Below, one piece after another: positions 29,024 to 31,383 of a stretch of 31,383 nt of DNA. How positions within the stretch are numbered: position 1 is the first letter of the stretch; each line of letters starts with the position of its first letter. The stretch covers positions 1 to 31,383 of the forward strand of contig JAYVCD010000138.1 in assembly GCA_043750125.1 (NCBI GenBank), written 5' to 3'. The notes beneath the pieces were generated by a model. That model did not search any database and had not been told where the DNA came from. It saw only the letters and a program-made list of their open reading frames with translations. Source of the stretch: Archangiaceae bacterium. GTDB lineage: Bacteria > Myxococcota > Myxococcia > Myxococcales > Myxococcaceae. The position numbers and the translations under genes are program-made.

Positions 29024-29460
29024 CCCAGGCCCAGGAACAGAACCACGGTGAGCTGCTCGCGCGCTTCATGGCCGACCACGGTCTGAAGAGCACCCGGCAG
29101 CGCACCTTGATCGTCGAGACCTTCTTCGCCAGCGAAGGCCACCTGTCGGTCGAAGAGCTCTGGGACAAAGTGCGCAGCTCGGACGCCCGGGTCTCGGTGG
29201 CCACCGTTTACCGAACGATGAAGCTGCTGTCGGAAAGCGGCCTGGCCCACGCCCGCAACTTCGGCGACGGCCAGACCCGCTACGAAGCGGCCGTCGGCCG
29301 GCACCACCATGATCACCTGATCTGCACCAACTGCGGCACCATCGTCGAGTTCGAGAACGATCGCATCGAGGCGATGCAGGACGCGGTCGCCCGCCGCCAC
29401 GGCTTCAAAGTCGCCTCGCACAAGATGGAGCTCTACGGGCTGTGCAAAAACTGTCAGTGA
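29020..29460 (+). CDS. fur: Fur-family transcriptional regulator
   Basis: LKSTRQR, HLSVEEL, ATVYRTMKLL, HHHDHLICTNCG, ELYGLCKNC. ATG at 29020 (ATGA overlap). Confidence 0.95.
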   Translation: MTQAQEQNHGELLARFMADHGLKSTRQRTLIVETFFASEGHLSVEELWDKVRSSDARVSVATVYRTMKLLSESGLAHARNFGDGQTRYEAAVGRHHHDHLICTNCGTIVEFENDRIEAMQDAVARRHGFKVASHKMELYGLCKNCQ

Positions 29461-29927
29461 CGCTGTTGTGGATGCTCGCCGCGTGCGCTCACGCACCTCC
29501 CACGCCGACAGCTCGAGAATCGATCGCGGCGCTCCCACTCGATTCGGTCGGCGCCTGGAAGCCCTCGCGTTCCACCGGCCGGGTCACGCTGGTCACCTTC
29601 ATCGCGACCTGGTGTTTTCCCTGCCTGGTTGATCTTCCGGTGCTAACCCGGCTGCAGAAGAATCATCCCGACGACCTGGTCGTGCTGCTGGTCGGCATGG
29701 ATCTCGAGGGACGCAAGGTGCTCGAGCCCTTCGCCGCGATGAACGAGCTCGAGCTTCCCTTGATCGTGGCTGACGATTCGATTCGCGGGGGTGAGACTCC
29801 GTTCGGGCCGATCAAGCAACTGCCCACCCGCTTCATCTTCCGCCGCGATGGCAGCTTGTCGTTCGCATACGCCGGGGTGGCCGAGCCCAAAGCCTTGATC
29901 GACGCGGTCGAGCGCGAGCTGCGCTAA
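29457..29927 (+). CDS. TlpA-family thiol-disulfide oxidoreductase lipoprotein
   Basis: ATWCFPC, LPTRFI cis-Pro loop, LAAC lipobox; GTGA overlap with fur. Confidence 0.85.
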   Translation: MTLLWMLAACAHAPPTPTARESIAALPLDSVGAWKPSRSTGRVTLVTFIATWCFPCLVDLPVLTRLQKNHPDDLVVLLVGMDLEGRKVLEPFAAMNELELPLIVADDSIRGGETPFGPIKQLPTRFIFRRDGSLSFAYAGVAEPKALIDAVERELR

Positions 29928-29932
29928 GTCCG

Positions 29933-31383
29933 CTACTTCTTGGCGGCCGGGGCGGGAAGGGTCGGTTTCGCCGCGGCGAACTGGGTCTCGAGCATGTTCC
30001 GGGCGGTGCTCTTCAAGCGCTCGAGGGTCGACTTCTCGGCGATCACGGCCAGCGCGTCCTGGGTCTCTTTGGCCTTCGAGCTCTCGAGCAGCTTCAGCAT
30101 CTCGGCACGAACGTTCTCGGCAAACGCCTTCTCGTCGAGCACGCAGTCGCGCACCCAGGCGATGAATTCCGGGGCCGCCTTCAACACGTGGTTGTGGTCC
30201 AGGCGGGCGATCACGTTTCGAACCATCTCGTTGTTGCCGGCATTTTCTTTGAACAGGTCCTTCAGCGCCTTCACGGCCTCGACGTTCTCGACCGACCCGA
30301 GCGCCTCGGCGGTGTTGCGATACCAGGCGTAACCGCGCGGCTTGTGGGTCCGCATCGCGGCCGCCAGCGTCGCCAGCGCCTCGGACGTCCCCAGGTGGGC
30401 GACGCCATCGCCCATCGCAGAGAGGAAGTTGAGGTCTTGATCTCTGCGCTGAATTTCCGACAGCAGGTACTTGTGACCTTCCGGAAAGTCGATCTTCCCC
30501 AGCAACACCATCGCGGCGCGGCGCACCCGAATCTGTCCCAGCGCGTCCTCTGCGAGGTCCGGTCGCTTCGCCAGCTGAAACACCGGAGGTCCGAAATCGG
30601 CGGGCAGCTTCTTCCACCGGGTATGTGACAACTTCACCAGCACCGCTTCGCGCACGTACGGCGACGGGTCCTTGTTCAACACATCGAGGATCGCGTTGAA
30701 GGCCGTGTCGGTGGGCCGGGTCTCTTCTTTCATGTCGGGGTTCGCCAGCTCTCCCAGCAGCACCCAGGTCGACAACATGCGCCACACCGGATCCGGATCG
30801 AAGCGGGCGGCGTCGACCCACTGCTGCTCGGAAACCGAAGCGGTGTTGATCTTCGCCAGCGCCGCGCCGTTCTTGTTCCAGTTGATCCACTGGGGCGGGC
30901 CGGGCAGGTCGACCTTCACCGTCACCGACGGCTTGTCGACGGTGATCATCTCTTCCTTCGAATACTTCGGTTCCTGATCGCGGTGAATCACCACCGGCAG
31001 CTTGAAGACGAACGGACCCTTCTCGTCGTTGTGCACCGGCTGCTGGCGAATGGTGATCGTCGCCACGCCGCCCGAGTAGGTGAGGTCCGGGAAGATCACC
31101 GGGTAGCCCTTCTTCTTCAGCCAGGATTCCTTGAACGGCTTGAGCTCCTTTTCCTTCTTCGTGCTCGCGAACACCGCCGCGAAAAAGTCGTCGCTGGTCG
31201 CGTTCCCCAGCGCGTGCTTCTCGAGGTAGGCCTTGAGCGCCTTCTTCATTTCCGCCCGCCCGATCCACGTGTCGAGCATCCGCAAGACCATCGCGCCCTT
31301 GGCGTAGGAAATCGAATCGAACATCTCTTCCGGGCTCGAGCCGCCTCGACCCGCCAGGGGGTGTGACCTCGGCCCCGCTTCCT
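29933..31383 (-). CDS. M1-family aminopeptidase, C-terminal part with HEAT-like repeats (5' end outside window)
   Basis: Frame is open to the window edge (EAGPRSHPL...EEMFDSISYAKGAMVLRML). YxKG, GNATSDDF and W...GYP motifs. Confidence 0.9.
   Translation of the reverse strand, partial: EAGPRSHPLAGRGGSSPEEMFDSISYAKGAMVLRMLDTWIGRAEMKKALKAYLEKHALGNATSDDFFAAVFASTKKEKELKPFKESWLKKKGYPVIFPDLTYSGGVATITIRQQPVHNDEKGPFVFKLPVVIHRDQEPKYSKEEMITVDKPSVTVKVDLPGPPQWINWNKNGAALAKINTASVSEQQWVDAARFDPDPVWRMLSTWVLLGELANPDMKEETRPTDTAFNAILDVLNKDPSPYVREAVLVKLSHTRWKKLPADFGPPVFQLAKRPDLAEDALGQIRVRRAAMVLLGKIDFPEGHKYLLSEIQRRDQDLNFLSAMGDGVAHLGTSEALATLAAAMRTHKPRGYAWYRNTAEALGSVENVEAVKALKDLFKENAGNNEMVRNVIARLDHNHVLKAAPEFIAWVRDCVLDEKAFAENVRAEMLKLLESSKAKETQDALAVIAEKSTLERLKSTARNMLETQFAAAKPTLPAPAAKK

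Overview
GC-rich, gene-dense window that looks like core chromosome of a myxobacterium (Myxococcota). This assignment is inferred from gene content, codon style and myxobacteria-type hypothetical proteins. From left to right it holds: groEL (partial)-groES with CIRCE operators; a divergent cluster of two uncharacterised proteins, a NUDIX hydrolase and a membrane pseudokinase; a class-III aminotransferase; rpoZ; a stand-alone 52-aa secreted peptide gene with a sigma54-like promoter and terminator; a DUF2520/Rossmann protein and ClpA/C-type ATPase; a YIP1-TolC-MacA-ABC-two-permease exporter; polyprenyl synthase-GbsR-GGCT; a Fur-box-preceded beta-barrel plus cytochrome c lipoprotein pair; glgB with a divergent GH13 lipoprotein; a 62-aa protein and a degenerate PHP protein; an IS1634-like remnant; a lipoprotein; an FmdB zinc ribbon; a hypothetical protein; HEAT-fur-TlpA; and a partial M1 aminopeptidase. 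I saw no rRNA, tRNA, CRISPR array or prophage. Nothing here is a proven new system. The best candidates are the Fur-boxed porin-cytochrome module, the CIRCE-linked divergent cluster opposite groES, the sigma54 peptide unit, and a GbsR-type regulator with a candidate operator over the polyprenyl synthase promoter. All family calls are by motif recognition; no database search was run.
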